Source: Azolla caroliniana
Taxonomy: Eukaryota > Plantae > Polypodiophyta
Assembly: GCA_043228905.1 (NCBI GenBank)
Contig: JBHGNT010000021.1
Coordinates: 2,170,001 to 2,234,000, forward strand
Length of the DNA: 64,000 nucleotides
Direction of reading: 5' to 3'
Shown here: positions 50,172 to 64,000 of the stretch, in pieces
How positions within the stretch are numbered: position 1 is the first letter of the stretch
Layout of the letters: every line of letters begins with the position of its first letter
Notes under the pieces: model-generated
Told to the model about the DNA's origin: nothing
What the model saw: the letters and a program-made list of their open reading frames with translations, nothing else
The model's database searches: none
Program-made: the position numbers and the translations under genes

Positions 50172-53100
50172 CATCATGCCCTATTAGCATGTGATTCTAC
50201 GATATATTTTGGACCATACACCTATGCCTCAATCACTAAATTAGACATATTTTGACAATTTATTTATTATTCTGGTTAATAATTAATCACTACAAATTGG
50301 ATTCACCAATAAAGTATTACCCATACCATGGTTGGATATATTTTTCATGAATTGCTCATGCTATGAAAAAATCTCGGGTTTGATGGAAATGTTGAGCTAA
50401 TGAGTTGTTCCCTATTGAGTAACATTTGTTTCTTCACCAATGCAATGTCTACTTGGGATATTGCTTGTCAATGTGTTATTGCCATTATCTATATATCATT
50501 AAGTACCTCGTGTTATTACCCAAAGGAAATTTGTCTTGGCCACTTAGTTTGAAAAAAGCAAGTGAAAATCTTATTTATATATTATTAAGTACCTCGTGTT
50601 TCTTTCATTTTTGCATAGGTTCAGTTTTGGGGTATATTGGCACTCAATTATTTGTTGAACCCTTTCGTAGTCCTTCAAAATAAAACTTTATTTCTTAAGT
50701 ATGAAGTTGTGTGCTTTGGCTCTTAGTCAATTGCAAGAATATTATTTGACAATTGTCAAATCATTCATAGGGTTGGCTTCCTCGCAAGAGCCCAGTCCTA
50801 TTGGCTCTTTTAACCTACAATTGTATGAAACAATGACCAATCAAAAATTTTGATTTGTCACGATCCAATAAGCATTATAGTAGAATAAGTTGTGAGTATT
50901 TAACTCAACGTTTCCACTTGTTATATATATAATATAATATAATATAACTAATGTATATATATTATAGTTGTCGTTTTGTACATTCAACACATGCATAAGT
51001 GTGTATATCACATTGCTAACAAATTTGATCATACTTATCATTAATAATAGCTAGTGGTTGTATCGTGGATCTATGTTTTGTCTAAAGTTATTGAGTTTGA
51101 TGTGCCCACATATGCATGCATGTGTGTATGGTTGTACTCATTTCCTTCACATATTTAAGATTTATCTATTAATGTAGTATATATTTTCTAAAATGTAGAG
51201 GATTTCAAGACGTGATTATATGTATCGTATAGAACACTTAGTGGCTCCCTCCTTGCTTCTAGTTGCCAACCATACCTATCCTAGTTTTTGCCTCAACCAT
51301 TTATTTCAACGAGCATCATTGACTGCACAAAAGTTTGATATGCCCTAACAAAAGTACTTGATCATGCATCTATGTTTTATTGATTGTGTTACTTATAAAG
51401 ATTGTATTGATTTGAGACCTTGTCAAATTTGAGGCGTTGAAGTGACCCTATACAAATGGAATGCAAGTATATGCTCAAAATCCAAACAAATATTGGAAAA
51501 GCCTCTACTTTTTCCTTCCTATGAGTGAGTCCTTATCATTGCCCATGCTTTTCTTGTATGATCCTTTGGGTATTGGCTTCTTATGAAATTAAAGGATTGG
51601 GTCAAAGTGATACTAACCTTGATGATATGTATCTTCTCTGGACACATGGCCAAGGCCAATAAACTTATAGAAGATATATTTTGAGACCTAAATTGAAACA
51701 ATGTTATGTATATTGTGATCAAACATCCTATTTGATCGTCCATATTGTTGATTGTTGAAGTTTATGATGTGCACACATATTGGACGCTTACCTTTAGGAT
51801 ATTTATACACAATTGTACAATTAACAACTAGTTAATAACTATTGCAAGCATTGATTTCATGTTTAAAAAACGTTATTGCAAAGTAAAAATAGCAAAAATA
51901 AAAGGTCTCTCATAATAGACATGTACATTACAAGCACCTAATTTGGTGTATCTAGCACATGAATACCGAAATATGAAGCTACCCATTGCCTGTATGTTAT
52001 ATCAATCATTTCTCCCTTGATCCTTCTCTTGTGACAAGTTATTCTTATAACAAATCAGTCCCAAAACTACACAATTTACTAAAGCTACCAAACTTTCACA
52101 ATTTATCAATAAGTACATTGTGCCATTGGAGTATGAATAATGCTTGTCTAGAACAATACCTACCTAAAAGACCTGGAATTAGGTTCATCATGATAGATAT
52201 TGATAGATAATATAAAAACCTTTCTTTATTACAATAATCCAATACCATAGTTTTATGCATATTGCTCCCGTAGTGCTTCATAGGTATCTCTTTACAAATA
52301 ACATATATTTCATAAGTCAAACATATGATATTGTTATCATGCCACTATTGATTAATTATACACGCACTCCCTAAACCATAGAGCAATTTGTGCTTAAATA
52401 TCTATAATATACAATAATAACAACAGTATGGGTCGCACATGTTGTCAATTGACATATTCACATTTTCTCTCATAATTCTCGTTTGTCCAACACCCTAGGC
52501 ATTGCTCTACACGAAGCCTCCATACAACAATTATATGTCATTTAATACCCTTCAATAAAGTACACGGTGATGCTCATGATGTCAATGACACAATTGTAAT
52601 ACTATTTTGATCCCAAAAAATGACCTATGCTACAGTGAAGTGCAAAATCTTACAAAAATGAATTGAATTCTCTTTAGGCCTCAAATTAATTTGTATGTGT
52701 GGGTGGGCATACAGATGCAACAATAAGATGAAAGAGGGAATGAGTTGAAGAAAATGGAACATTCATTGCTTGGAGAATAGTAAATGTTACTTAAGAAAAC
52801 ACTTGGTTGGCAAGGATCACCTGGTGAAAAGGGGTGATGTTACCAAATCATTGCAATTGACTATTAGGAATGTCATTGCTTAGCTATTGCACTGCTACAA
52901 GACTAAGATTAAACATAGTCCAAACAATCCAACAATTATCCCATTCTAGATTGTAGAGTCATATTAAATGTGTATAATGGAATTTGATATCGTCATTTCT
53001 ACAACCCTTGATTCCCATCAAATTTATTTGCTTAGAGGTTAGCCATTTGTTAGTTTGTAGACAATTAGCCGAGTGTACACGTGCATAGTGTTTGGAAGGG

Positions 53101-53929
53101 GTACTTGCTCAACTTCACTTATTGCTAATTTGCGTTCTACATTATGAGGAGCTAGTGTGAGGCAACCTCTTCATTGGACCAACTATTCCCCAAGAGGGGA
53201 ACATAGTAATTCCTTGTGGGATAATGAGATATTCATGCATTGATAAAGATTCAAAATTTGAGAAACAATTGATGGGTTGATAGTCGTCCTCTTGTTTGTT
53301 AACTACTTTGTTAATTATGACTATTTAATTTAATTGCATTTAAGTTCCTCGTTATTGATAACATGCCAAGGATTAACTCTTGTTACATCGTGTTTTTTGT
53401 CATTGCTTCTCGTGTGATGTTGTTGGTGATCTTGATGGATGCACATCCACATGACAATGTGCTTGTATGTGTGTGAGTATCTTTTGACTAATATGGCTAA
53501 ACAAGAACAATTGTTCAATTGTGGATAGTTAGGAAGAGTAGAAAGTAGTGTGTAGTATGTGGCATTTGGGCACTGCCCAAAGTACACATGGTATTATTCC
53601 CACCATAATGCTTCATACGTTTGTGTTGTCAATGTCTTCATTGTGGTTATTGCCCTCTCAATCATGTTATGGAGTTGGGGTGATGTCCACAAAAACGCGA
53701 ATCATTATAGTTTTCACATACTTGCAAAACAATTTGCCAAAATTATAGAGCATTCATCAAGTGTAGTTTATTTAGTCCCACCATTTTGAGCCTTCAATTG
53801 GGTTTCAAACTTCTAATTAATTCCTTATTAACATCACATTCTCGATCCTCCCCGCTTTTATGATTGGCTATTTACAAAGACATTAAAAGGTAGTTCACAA
53901 TTTTTTTAGCTACCCAATAGAAGCAAAAT

Positions 53930-54416
53930 GAGTGGAGCACATTGTAGAGAAAATTTAAAATAGATACGAGCATCAGGAGGAGGGGATGACTTTGGATATA
54001 AAAGCACAAGAGGTTTTTTTCTCCACCAACGGCAATGTCCACTCGACTCCTCTTAATGACAAATCTCAAGTTGTATTGGAATTGGTCAGCCCAATAACTC
54101 TCTAGATTCTATGGAAACAACGATGTAGATGGGTCTTCTCCAACCAAACCGTGCATCCAACAATGTTACTGCAAGAGATGTGGAGTGAAATTGTAGCCAC
54201 TCTAAAGAGCCAATACGATGGCCTCAATGGCGGCTCCGATGGAGTTGAAAGACAATGAATAGCCTTCATCCAACAATGGTCGTCCTCTCCCTTTCTTGAG
54301 TCAGTGGGCATCCACATAAGATGGAACTATTGCGTCCCTGGAGGGATTTGTACATAATGATCTCATTTGTAAATTTTTATAACTAATGGAAGGAGTTTTT
54401 TTTTAGAAAAAAAAAA
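53930..54416 (+). mobile_element. 5'-truncated L1-like LINE 3' end with A-rich tail
   Basis: ILWKQRCRWVFSN..LLQEMWSEIVATLKSQY..FIQQWSSSPF..IRWNY resembles the ORF2 C-terminus of non-seed-plant L1s; A-run at ~54407-54416. Confidence 0.65.
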
Positions 54417-56358
54417 CAAGTAATCTATGTTTGAATGCACTGGGGTGGCTTAGGAAATATTTAAGGGCCAATATCATACCTTCATATTGGTACATGCCTT
54501 AGGTTTCATCGTGAGTACCATTTTGGAATATTTTATTGACATTGTATAACTGCTAGATCCCTTGTTTTGACCATAAACTCGCGAGTGATTGATGATGCGA
54601 AGAATGAAATTTAACAACTTTACTTCATTTGTTGTTTAGCCAACATTATCATTTTCGACCATTGGTTGTGTATAATTCATCAAGCCATTTCTAGGAGCAA
54701 GTGGATGATTATAATTTTAGGCCACAAACAATGAAGCAAAAATAATCATGTCTCTATGTGTAACTCAAATTGGTGCGAACATCTAAAGTATCTCATACGA
54801 CACACTATCATATGCTTTCAGGTTTTGTTTTTTTTCACCGCCTAAATATTTTTGTTGTTGTAATGGAATAGTTAAACTTCTCTTTTGAGCTCATAAACAT
54901 TTATATTGGCTATGTTACATTTAATTCTTATTTAATTCAATTCCCTATGTTTTCCATTTGCGATTTGTAATTGGATGGTTTCATGTGTTAAATAAGGGTT
55001 CATTTTGGGGGAGTCGGTGGTGGATGAGCTCTCATCTCTCATATAAATTGATTTCAAATGTTGGACAACATTTGAATTTGTGTTTTTAGTGGGTGTATGG
55101 TCCATAGAGGAGCCTAACACGACATGTACATTACATATAGGACACATCATGCATTTTCATTCACATAAAACCACCACTTCCATGGCCCACATGTGAGCGT
55201 CATAACTCCCATATGAAACACACCTGACCGAAGCATACCTTCCACTTACTATTACTTAATGCACACTATTTATGAAGAAAGCAAGTTATCCTTTATCAAA
55301 CCATAAGGCACGACATCCAGGGGACCATCACAACTTCTTTTTTTCATTGTCAAGTTCCAATCAAGAAACTTTAAGGATATTTTTTCCCTTACAGTGAGAC
55401 ATGTAAAGTTAATGGAGGAGATCATCACATGTTGTTGATCGGTCAAGGATCATGGTTGAATGTAAATGGTTCTCATTGGATCTAAACAAACTTAGATAGG
55501 TCATGGATGATAACAATGCATGTATTTGGTGTGCCATGGAGATGTTGGATAGATCATGAATAGGTTACAACTTACAAATGGATCACATACAATGATATAT
55601 ATTGGTAATGGCACACTTTGAATGGCCATATATATTCATGAGTGAGAGTAATGTCAATGGTCATAGATATGGTGGATATTGAGAATTTTGTGAACGGAAA
55701 CCAATGATAATTATTACACGAAGGGATTTAATTGCATTGGGGGAACAAACCCCAATGGCTCAACAAGGTGCGAACACAAGGTTGTGGAAGAGAAAGGAAT
55801 TCACAATAGTTAATGCATCCACTTGTGAATTGAACAATGGAAGTGGATAGAGAATTATTCGCATGCCAATCAAGGACCAATATTTGAGAAAAGGCATGTG
55901 AATTGACAAGATGGAGAGGTCTCCTTGCCATTGCATCCTCTTGGGCCTTGGCAACATCAGAGCTCAAATATTCAACAAAGGGAGAAGCAATGGCATAAGA
56001 AATTTAGTCATTTTGCAATGTGGTTATAGTAATCTATAGTTTGCATACATACATACACGTGTATTTCCCCCTATAATTAGAATTCCACATGACATCATGT
56101 TTCTGTATGTTAAATATTGGACCTATTTAAGTTGAGACATGACTTTGATAAACAAAACAAGAAGGAATGTGATGCCATTTGGTCATAATAAATTTACAAT
56201 TGAGTGGGTCGGGGTCTGCTTATGATCAAAAGAATATGTGTTAGTCCCTCCACAATGATTGGGCCTATACTTGCATATTGTATTTCCACGTGGGGTGTGT
56301 TGGAGTCAAAGACCGTTAGTAGTAAAGTAAGATCAAGGGAGAGAGAGAAGAGAGAGAG

Positions 56359-56425
56359 ATATACCTCAGTTGGTAAGGTTGCCCAATGGAGACCATGAGG
56401 TCATGGGTTCAACCGCTACATTCCA
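56359..56425 (+). mobile_element. tRNA-derived SINE-like relic, copy 2
   Basis: TACCTCAGTTGGTAAGG (A box) and GAGGTCATGGGTTCAACC (B box); no complete cloverleaf. Confidence 0.55.
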
Positions 56426-59107
56426 CATTGGCATTTGTCATATGTATGAATAAATTTATCAATCCACACTAAACTCCAAACATTAGAATTCGATCTATGT
56501 TATAGTTTCATGCATCAACTTTCGCATTGTCATTGTATCAAGGATTATAAATCATGTAAACAAATTAGGTATGCTTATAATCCATCCATTGATCAACGAT
56601 CTTAGTAATATCCAATGGAATCCTATGTAGCAAGATTGCATGTGCATATGTATGTGCACAGTGCGATTATGCATCACACAAAGATGGTTAGTAAACATTA
56701 TATAAAATTGACAACAACTTCCAAAAGAGCATGCCATACTTACATATGAGTTCAAATATTTGCATTGTACATCGTAGGAATTGGGGGTTGCTCTATGTAA
56801 CCAACCCTATGGATTTTCGTATACTTTGATACAAGGAGATACACAAATATACATTAGATGATTGACCAACAAATATGGTTTTCTCTTGGGATCTATGCAT
56901 GGACATGATGACAATGTATATGATAGACCAATAAATATGGGTTTTTCTTGGGATCCATGCACTAATGTCGTGACCGAAACAACTAGGGAAACCCGCAATG
57001 CAATACATATGCATCATCTTGCACATTTGTCCGTATTTTAAGTTTAAGACCTCAAGCACTGGCATGAAGATCATCAAAATCATTACTTAAATAATTACAA
57101 GTTTTAATAGTCTATGTTCTCCCAAATTTCACTTATCAATGTCAAAAGTGGACGGGTATGTGAACTCTTGATCAAGTCCACCTTACTCCAAATAACTTCA
57201 TGACGTCGAATGTACAAACGATCGCTAAAATCAACATTGAAGTTGTGAATACGTAACTTGAATTTTGCACTTCAATATAAGCCAATCAATAACTAAATTA
57301 TAAAATACTACAATAAATAAATAATTTAAATTTGAGTAGGAGATCACAATAACATGATTGATAAGGCTTGATATCATGAAGCAACATAAGAGTCAATGTT
57401 TGCTTGGATTGGAGTATAAAAGAACTAGAAAGCAATATTGTTTGCACTTAAAAAAATGGCACCACTACTATTGTAACCTCCTCCATCTAGATCAGTCACT
57501 ACGGTTATATAATGAAAACGATGCAAAGTTCGATGAATCGTGATGGATGTTCACATAGAGATGATACAACCCCATATTTATGGAAGGTTGATGCTTTTAA
57601 ATTTGGGGATTGGAGCATTTATCTTTGTGAGACGATGAAGACAACATTTTGCATAAACTTCCAATTATGAATTATATCATTGTTAGCTTTTGTATGCTAC
57701 TCTATAGAGGTAATCAATCGCCGAGTTTGTACATTTGTTTGTAAAAGGGTACTTGACAATGTGCCAAAAGGTACCATGTTGGTTTTTATCATCAAAATCT
57801 TTATTCAACTATGGACCGTGTCTATCTCGTTCCACTAGTTTCAATTTCAGAACATGAATTTCCATTTACATGTTTGGTGTGAATTGTGCCTACTTAATAC
57901 ATGACCCCCTATGAAAGGAAAAAGAAGGAAAAAGGAGAAAAGAAAAACGAAGCAAAATCTTTAAGATAAGTATTCATATCCAATTTGAAAAGCCAAATGT
58001 CTATGTACAATGATTTTCTGCCACAACATCAACACAAACTTCCATTTTACAAGGAAACAATACGTAAACCACAACTTAACTATCATTCAATGCACCATCC
58101 AAAAACAACGAGGGTGGATATACTTTGTCGCAATATGACACTAATCATTTGCCTAACCGATTTCATGTTCTGCTAATGCGTGTTGATCGTTCTCAATATG
58201 GATAAAGCCTAAAATGAGTGACAATGTTCACATTTTCACAAAACGATGTGGTAGCGAAGTTCAATGTCAACATGGTGTGATCTCCATTGTTCTTTGCGAG
58301 AAAAGGCCTCATTCGCCTAACTTGGAGAAATGGGATGGGGTGGGTGGGGTTTATTTTTATTATTGAGATACATTAACGGTTTGAGACAACTCCACGATTA
58401 TTACCTCTCTCATGATTTCGAAAACAGCCGCAACTACTAAGATTTCCGAAATAGTTGATGCAGTTCCAACAAACAATAAAAGTCTCTCAATTCTCTGAAC
58501 CACTTCACAATCGTTCCCGTGGTGGTGATTTCTTGGGACAAAGACAAACTAGACAGATTGATCGATTGATCGATCATCCTTTGGAAGAAGGTCCACGAGA
58601 GAAACATATTGCAATCCATGGGATAGGGTGTATGTAGCCGATGGCGAGGATCAAAATGCCGGGTCTCTCGGGTTTTACGATGTATGATGCGAAGGTGTGA
58701 GCCCATCACTTTAAGCCAAGAGGCCAAAATGACCTATAAGACTAAACAAGTGATTACATTAACATTATAAGAGAGGTAAGTAGCATTATTTTTGAGAAAT
58801 TCGTGTGAAGAAAAGGAAGGGTGAGGCTATTTCTGTAATTTGTAGAAACTAGTTCATTTTTCTATTATTCGTTTTAAAATGAAGAGTATACATATGTACA
58901 TTGTTGGTTATAAAGGGTGAGAAAAAGGAAGAGGAGAAAAAAAAATAAAAAATAAAAAATAAAACTATTATTATTATTATTTTTAAAGGGTTAAAAAAAG
59001 GAAAAAGAGCAAAATAAATAACAATAATAATAATAATAATAATAATAATAATTTTCTCATCTATGTCTTCCTTTCTTCCGCCTCCTCCGTTTCTTTTCTG
59101 CAATCTT

Positions 59108-59134
59108 TAACCCTAACCCTAACCCTAACCCTAA
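59108..59134 (+). promoter_or_regulatory. (TAACCC)4TAA telomere-like tract at the SAPS gene 5' end
   Basis: Directly visible, following a CT-rich patch typical of plant TSS regions. Confidence 0.6.
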
Positions 59135-59460
59135 TCGCAGGCAGGCGGACAGATCCTTCGATCTACCGCATCTTTGCAGGGGCTACACTGTCTGTACCTT
59201 CAAGTTCTTCCTCATTCCAGAAACGAACCTTCGCCAGTTCCTCTGCAGACAGACGTCTCATCCATCACACTTATCAAATCCATCTTTAAGCTTTCCCTAG
59301 CTCCGAAAGTATAATTTATAAGATCATATTAATGCACAAGGACTGAACGATCATTCCCATCTTCAAGCTTCCCATAGCTCATAAGAAATGAACCTACATC
59401 AGATTCTCTGCGGAAAGACGTTTTCTTGATTGTTCTATCTCGAAGGTTTTCTTAGTTTGG

Positions 59461-59682
59461 GAACCGAATATAATATTAGTCAAAGTTCTCATTTCAGAAC
59501 CCCAAGGGTTTCTATAGTTCTCCTTCAAAGATAGAAATTCCATCTGATTCTCCTCAAATCGATCCATCTCTAAAGTCAGGAAACCTAATATAATATTAGT
59601 CAAGTTCTCATTTCAGAACCCCAAGGGTTTCTGTGGTTCTCCTTCGAAGATAGATTCTCCTCAAATCGATCCATCTTTAAAG
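59461..59682. repeat. 120-bp tandem duplication in the SAPS 5' leader
   Basis: AATATAATATTAGTCAA..CAGAACCCCAAGGGTTTCT..TCAAATCGATCCATCT occurs twice; the second copy has a deletion. Confidence 0.85.
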
Positions 59683-59961
59683 TTTTCTATATCCCGGAAA
59701 TCCAATAGAGCATCCTACAGACCCTTTCTCGTTCGAAGAAAGAAAATAATCAGCTTTCTCTGCGGAAGGCTGGTCAAGTGTGCTTAGTTCTGGATCGATC
59801 AATCCTTTTTTCTTCCTTCAAAATTTATTTATTTCTTTCTTGAACAATCCATCATTCTCTAAGGTTCCTCTTTTCATCGATCAAATTTTTATCAAGCTTT
59901 CTGTAGTTCTCAATTACAGAAAGACTGTTGTACGTTTCTTCTATACAATCTACCGGAAAAG

Positions 59962-62900
59962 ATGTTTTGGCGCATGGCTGGCTTGTCCACGATCTCCCCG
60001 GTAAGTTCGTGGTTTCTCTCTACCTTGAGAAGATCTGGGTAATTATGAAATGTTATTGATCGGTTGTATTCCGTGAATGAGTCAGCACTAGTTTCTGCCT
60101 TGATATAATCCTGAAATATAACTATAAAAATTGTACAATTGCTGAGTGAGGCAAAGTAGTAATTATGGTCTGCGTTTATTTGATGCGGTTTGATCTAATG
60201 GCTAAGTCTTGCTATTGAAATTGTAAGAATTCTGACCGAACAGTGGAGAAGTTGTATTGAGTCTCTTCTGTATTAAATGCTGTTTCCCACATTGATCTGA
60301 TGGTGACATGTCACTATAAAGATCTAAAGAAGAATTATGGTGAATAATGCCAAAGTAGCAGTGATCCTCTGGTGTTATTCAGCACTGTGTTTTGCCTCTA
60401 ATTGATCATTGATTATTGCCATTATGATTGTAAAGTGAAATATGCCAATCGGTGGTGATTCTAAATTTTAAATTTCGTAATCATAATGGCAAAAACAAAT
60501 TTCAAGTTTGTGACTATAAATTTCAAATTTTCAAATTTATTTGTGATAATCTTATGCTGTGGTCACTGCTGTTTTTGGTCTTGACCCAATGATCAAGTCT
60601 CACAAGTCACTATTATAAATAATTATGCTGAGTAGTAGTAATCTGCAGTGATCAGGTATCATTTACTGCATCCTCTTCTGTGACTGGTATCATTTCCTTT
60701 ACTGCATTGATCTATTTTCATTAGGGTTGTAAGGTTTTTTCTTGTGTCCATGGTCTTTGGCTCATCAAAATCAAAATATGAGATAGTTTTCTAATGGCCA
60801 AGAGATTAATAGTGACGTGATTAATTACCTATCTCTAGTTATGCATTTCATTACTGTGTCTCTCTAGGTATATATGTCTAATAGATATTGTACATATATG
60901 ATCTCTATCTCTATGTGTGAATTAGTGCTTTCTAACTTCTATCTAGGAAGAAAAATGATTGTATTTGGAAGGACATCCACAGTGATGCAAAACCAGGCTT
61001 ATGGATGGATTGAGTAAATTCTTGAAGAAGAAGTAATATTATTCGAATGATTGACTTCACATGGGTTTCTACTGTGGGAAAATGATCTAAAACCCTCTTG
61101 TTGGGTCTATATATGTAAGGCTGTCTTGTGCTATGATGAGCTAAAGCTCTCAAGGTGTGCCTATGTCTGTGAGGCAAAATGGCTATATATGTTGTGTGCC
61201 GATGTGAAGTCTCTCCTAGCATCGTTATGTATAGTGTTGTGAGGGAGCAGAGAATTAGATTCAGAAGCAAAACCATTGGAAAGGAACATTGAACATCTGG
61301 ACAAGAAGAGAATTGAAGTTATTGTCTAATACGTGGAAGCTGGAGCAATTGTAAAGAACGGAGGTTCCACTATTGAAATGATGATAAGTCAATTGCTGTT
61401 TCCAGATGGAAAGCTTGATGATGGTAATCACATCGTGCAAGTTCAAGATTGTGACAAAGGTAGATTTTGATGATCTGTTGAATGTGGTGCCCAAATATTT
61501 TTGAAAGTCAATAATAAGTCAATACAAGACATTGAACTTGGATATCAATGTTCTTTTACAATGTCCTCATTTCTATTTCTGAAAGCTTACTTATTTCTGT
61601 TCATTATCACATCTTTTTCCTTTGTTCATTAAAGCTTAATGCACGGTCTGATGAGAATGGAAAAAGAGCATACAAACAAAAAGGTTCGAAAACTTCATAG
61701 CACCTTTAATCACCTGACAGCACTGAAGTCCTACAGGAGGAAAATTATTTTAAAGATAAGGAAGTATATGTTTTATAGACTTCGACAAGACTTTTTCATA
61801 GGGTCCCAATAGCTTCTTTGGAGATATGTGGAAGAATTCTAAGTACCAAGTAAGTATATGCCTACAATTTCTCATATCTATGAGAAGGCGACATATTGTG
61901 TGCATATGGGAGATGGAATTTTCAAACTCTTTACTGGATGAATGGTTGATGAGTTTGTACACAAGAGGGAAACAACCAACGGGCTTACTATTGGGAATCC
62001 ATTCATTATGATTTTGTTATATGCAGATGATGTAGCACCTTTAGCAAATCAGAAGGTGTGCAAAAGCTTATAGTATCTTGAGATCATGGCATGCAGAGGG
62101 TTGTGAATTACGTGCTTAAGATTCACTCAGATGGACTTCCTAGAATTAAATGAGAAGTACAAAAGCTCAAAAGTTACTCGCTCAAAATATTGAGTTCTGG
62201 ATGGATGTGCAATATGCAAAAATTGCTCTGAAGATGGAGTGCAGTACACTTGTTTCATGATGCCTCAAATGATCCTTCACGAAAGAGTTTTTTCTGCAAC
62301 ATCCATGTATCACTACTTGGGAAAGATGTGGAGGCTCATGCATCACACATGATATTTTACATATGTTGCACCAAACAACAAAATCAACTTCTTTTCTGAG
62401 TAGACAAATGACACTCATTCATACACGCAAGAAACATTCTCGTGGTACCATCCACATCGCAATTCACATTATCTTCGATGTGAAATAGGTTGTTGGAACA
62501 TCAACAAGGAGATTTGTGATGATGCATGTTTTGCCCCTGGACAAATTCATGAGGTTGAGTATAATTGTAATGCTCCATGTTCGTTCACATTTGAGTTAGC
62601 TTTTCGTAATTTCAACCCTGATTTATTCCTACACACATTTCTCTGTCACTTGTGCACTCTCAATTTCAGCATCCATTAATTAAATTCTCGAACATTGAGA
62701 ATCACTTACCAATGTAACGTACTACATGAAATGTTTTACTTTGGTCCCATATGTCATATTTGACAACCAAGGACAGTAAGAAAGTCTATCTGTATATCAA
62801 TCAATATATTTAGAACATTGATTCACCGAACTTCTGTTCACACAATTTATTTGTGAGTGCAATTTCTTATTCTATTCTAGTCTCATACATATATTTTCAT

Positions 62901-63464
62901 TTTTATTGATTTTGTAATTCGATGGCTAACCTTACTATATATGTGTATGTGTGTGTCCCAAACTATAACTATGCATTTTAATTTTGGGTTTTGTACTATT
63001 AGGTGGAGTCGTTGCTTGATAAAGATAGTTTCACACTCGAAGAGCTTTTGGATGAAGATGACCTTATTCAAGAGTGCAAATCGTTGAATACACGTTTGAT
63101 AAATTTGTAATCCTTTATGCCCTTTCAACATGTGAATTTTTTTGTTTTGTGATTTTGCTCATATTTTCCATTTATCTTACATATCTTGGTGGAACTTGGA
63201 AATTGCAGCCTTAGAGGGAAGGTACAGATCCAACAGCTTTTGAAATATATTGTTGAGGAACCACCAGAGGGATCTGACAATAAGAGAGTTTTCAAGTAAG
63301 AGACGTCCAGAGTTGTCTTTTGCTTTATTTATCCCTAACTTCACTTATTTCATGTTTTTGAAATGAGAAATCACAATGGCCTTCGCAGGTTCCCTTTCAT
63401 TTCCTGTGAAATTTTCACCTGCGAAATTGAGATAATATTGAAAACCATAGTTGAGGATGAAGAG
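59962..63464 (+). CDS. SIT4-associated protein (SAPS) / PP6 regulatory subunit, 5' part; exons 59962-60000, 63003-63106, 63209-63295, 63389-63464; continues past the window
   Basis: MFWRMAGLSTISP|VESLLDKDSFTLEELLDEDDLIQECKSLNTRLINF LRGKVQ..EEPP..KRVFK FPFISCEIFTCEI, the conserved SAPS N-terminus, with consistent GT-AG phases. Confidence 0.95.
61640..62700 (+). mobile_element. RTE-like LINE relic in SAPS intron 1
   Basis: FIDFDK, ILLYADDVA (~62010-62036) and SHYLRCEIGCW (~62460), with many stops and deletions. Confidence 0.7.
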
Positions 63465-64000
63465 GTAAGTATTTATGATGTTAACAATATGGTAATCTGC
63501 AAAATGTTTGCCGTTCAAGTATAATACATGGATTAGTACTTTTTGGATGCAACTGTTTATGGCCATTGAGATGTTAACTATGCTTATTGTCAAGAACTTG
63601 TATGGCCTGAACGAGGCGCTCTTGTGTTGTTATCTCCATATGAGAAGAAATAAAAAGAAGTTGACTTGTCTTTCCACCTGAAACTACAGTTCATTTGCTA
63701 ATCAATTTATTGACCACTTTCCAATCTTGTTGTCTTAGATAAGTCTGCCTAACTCTAGGTATTTCTCCTACATTTGCTCCATTTGTTTATTTGTCTTGAG
63801 CCTTTTCATTCAATCTTCTGCTTCAATGGCTTCTGGAACTATCTTAAACTGTCTTGCCAAAGTATAGAGAGTCCAACTCTGCTTGGAGATTCTCCATGCC
63901 TGATTTTTTTTTTCTTGGTGCATGAAAGTCCATTTTCATTTTGTTCCAAGCTTTGTCCTTGCTCATTTTGCAGCCTTGGAGTTATGTTGCTCTTTTTTCA

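Noticed and set aside
56359-56425. Functional tRNA gene
   Set aside because: A and B boxes are present but acceptor and anticodon stems do not pair; treated as SINE-like.
49400-58800. Hidden gene in the 9-kb SFH-SAPS intergenic region
   Set aside because: Only short low-complexity ORFs and faint TE remnants; no consistent exon chain could be built.

Overview
AT-rich, intron-containing land-plant nuclear DNA. The PLS-PPR style and TE families suggest a fern; that is inference and I cannot name the species. I reconstructed six host genes by reading splice sites: a plastid-type CBS-domain gene (-, runs off the left edge), a transit-peptide/LysM/transmembrane gene (+, 6 exons), CRR1 (-, 10 exons), an intronless PLS-E PPR gene with a +1 frameshift near its 5' end (+), a Sec14-nodulin SFH gene (-), and the 5' part of a SAPS/PP6 regulatory subunit gene (+). 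Mobile DNA includes a full-length, young but disabled Ty1/copia element with LTRs, PBS, PPT and TSD, a solo LTR nested in a hAT MITE, an intact hAT MITE, a disrupted MULE-SWIM transposase with 52-bp subterminal repeats, several LINE relics, two tRNA-SINE-like relics, and many 120-340 bp tandem duplications. I see no unambiguous new biological system. The best leads are the LysM-TM protein (candidate plastid peptidoglycan binder), the MULE transposase with an integrase-H2C2-like N-terminus, the frameshifted PPR, and hexameric (TTAGGG)n tracts at the starts of two divergent genes. All translations and alignments were done by eye; no database searches were run.
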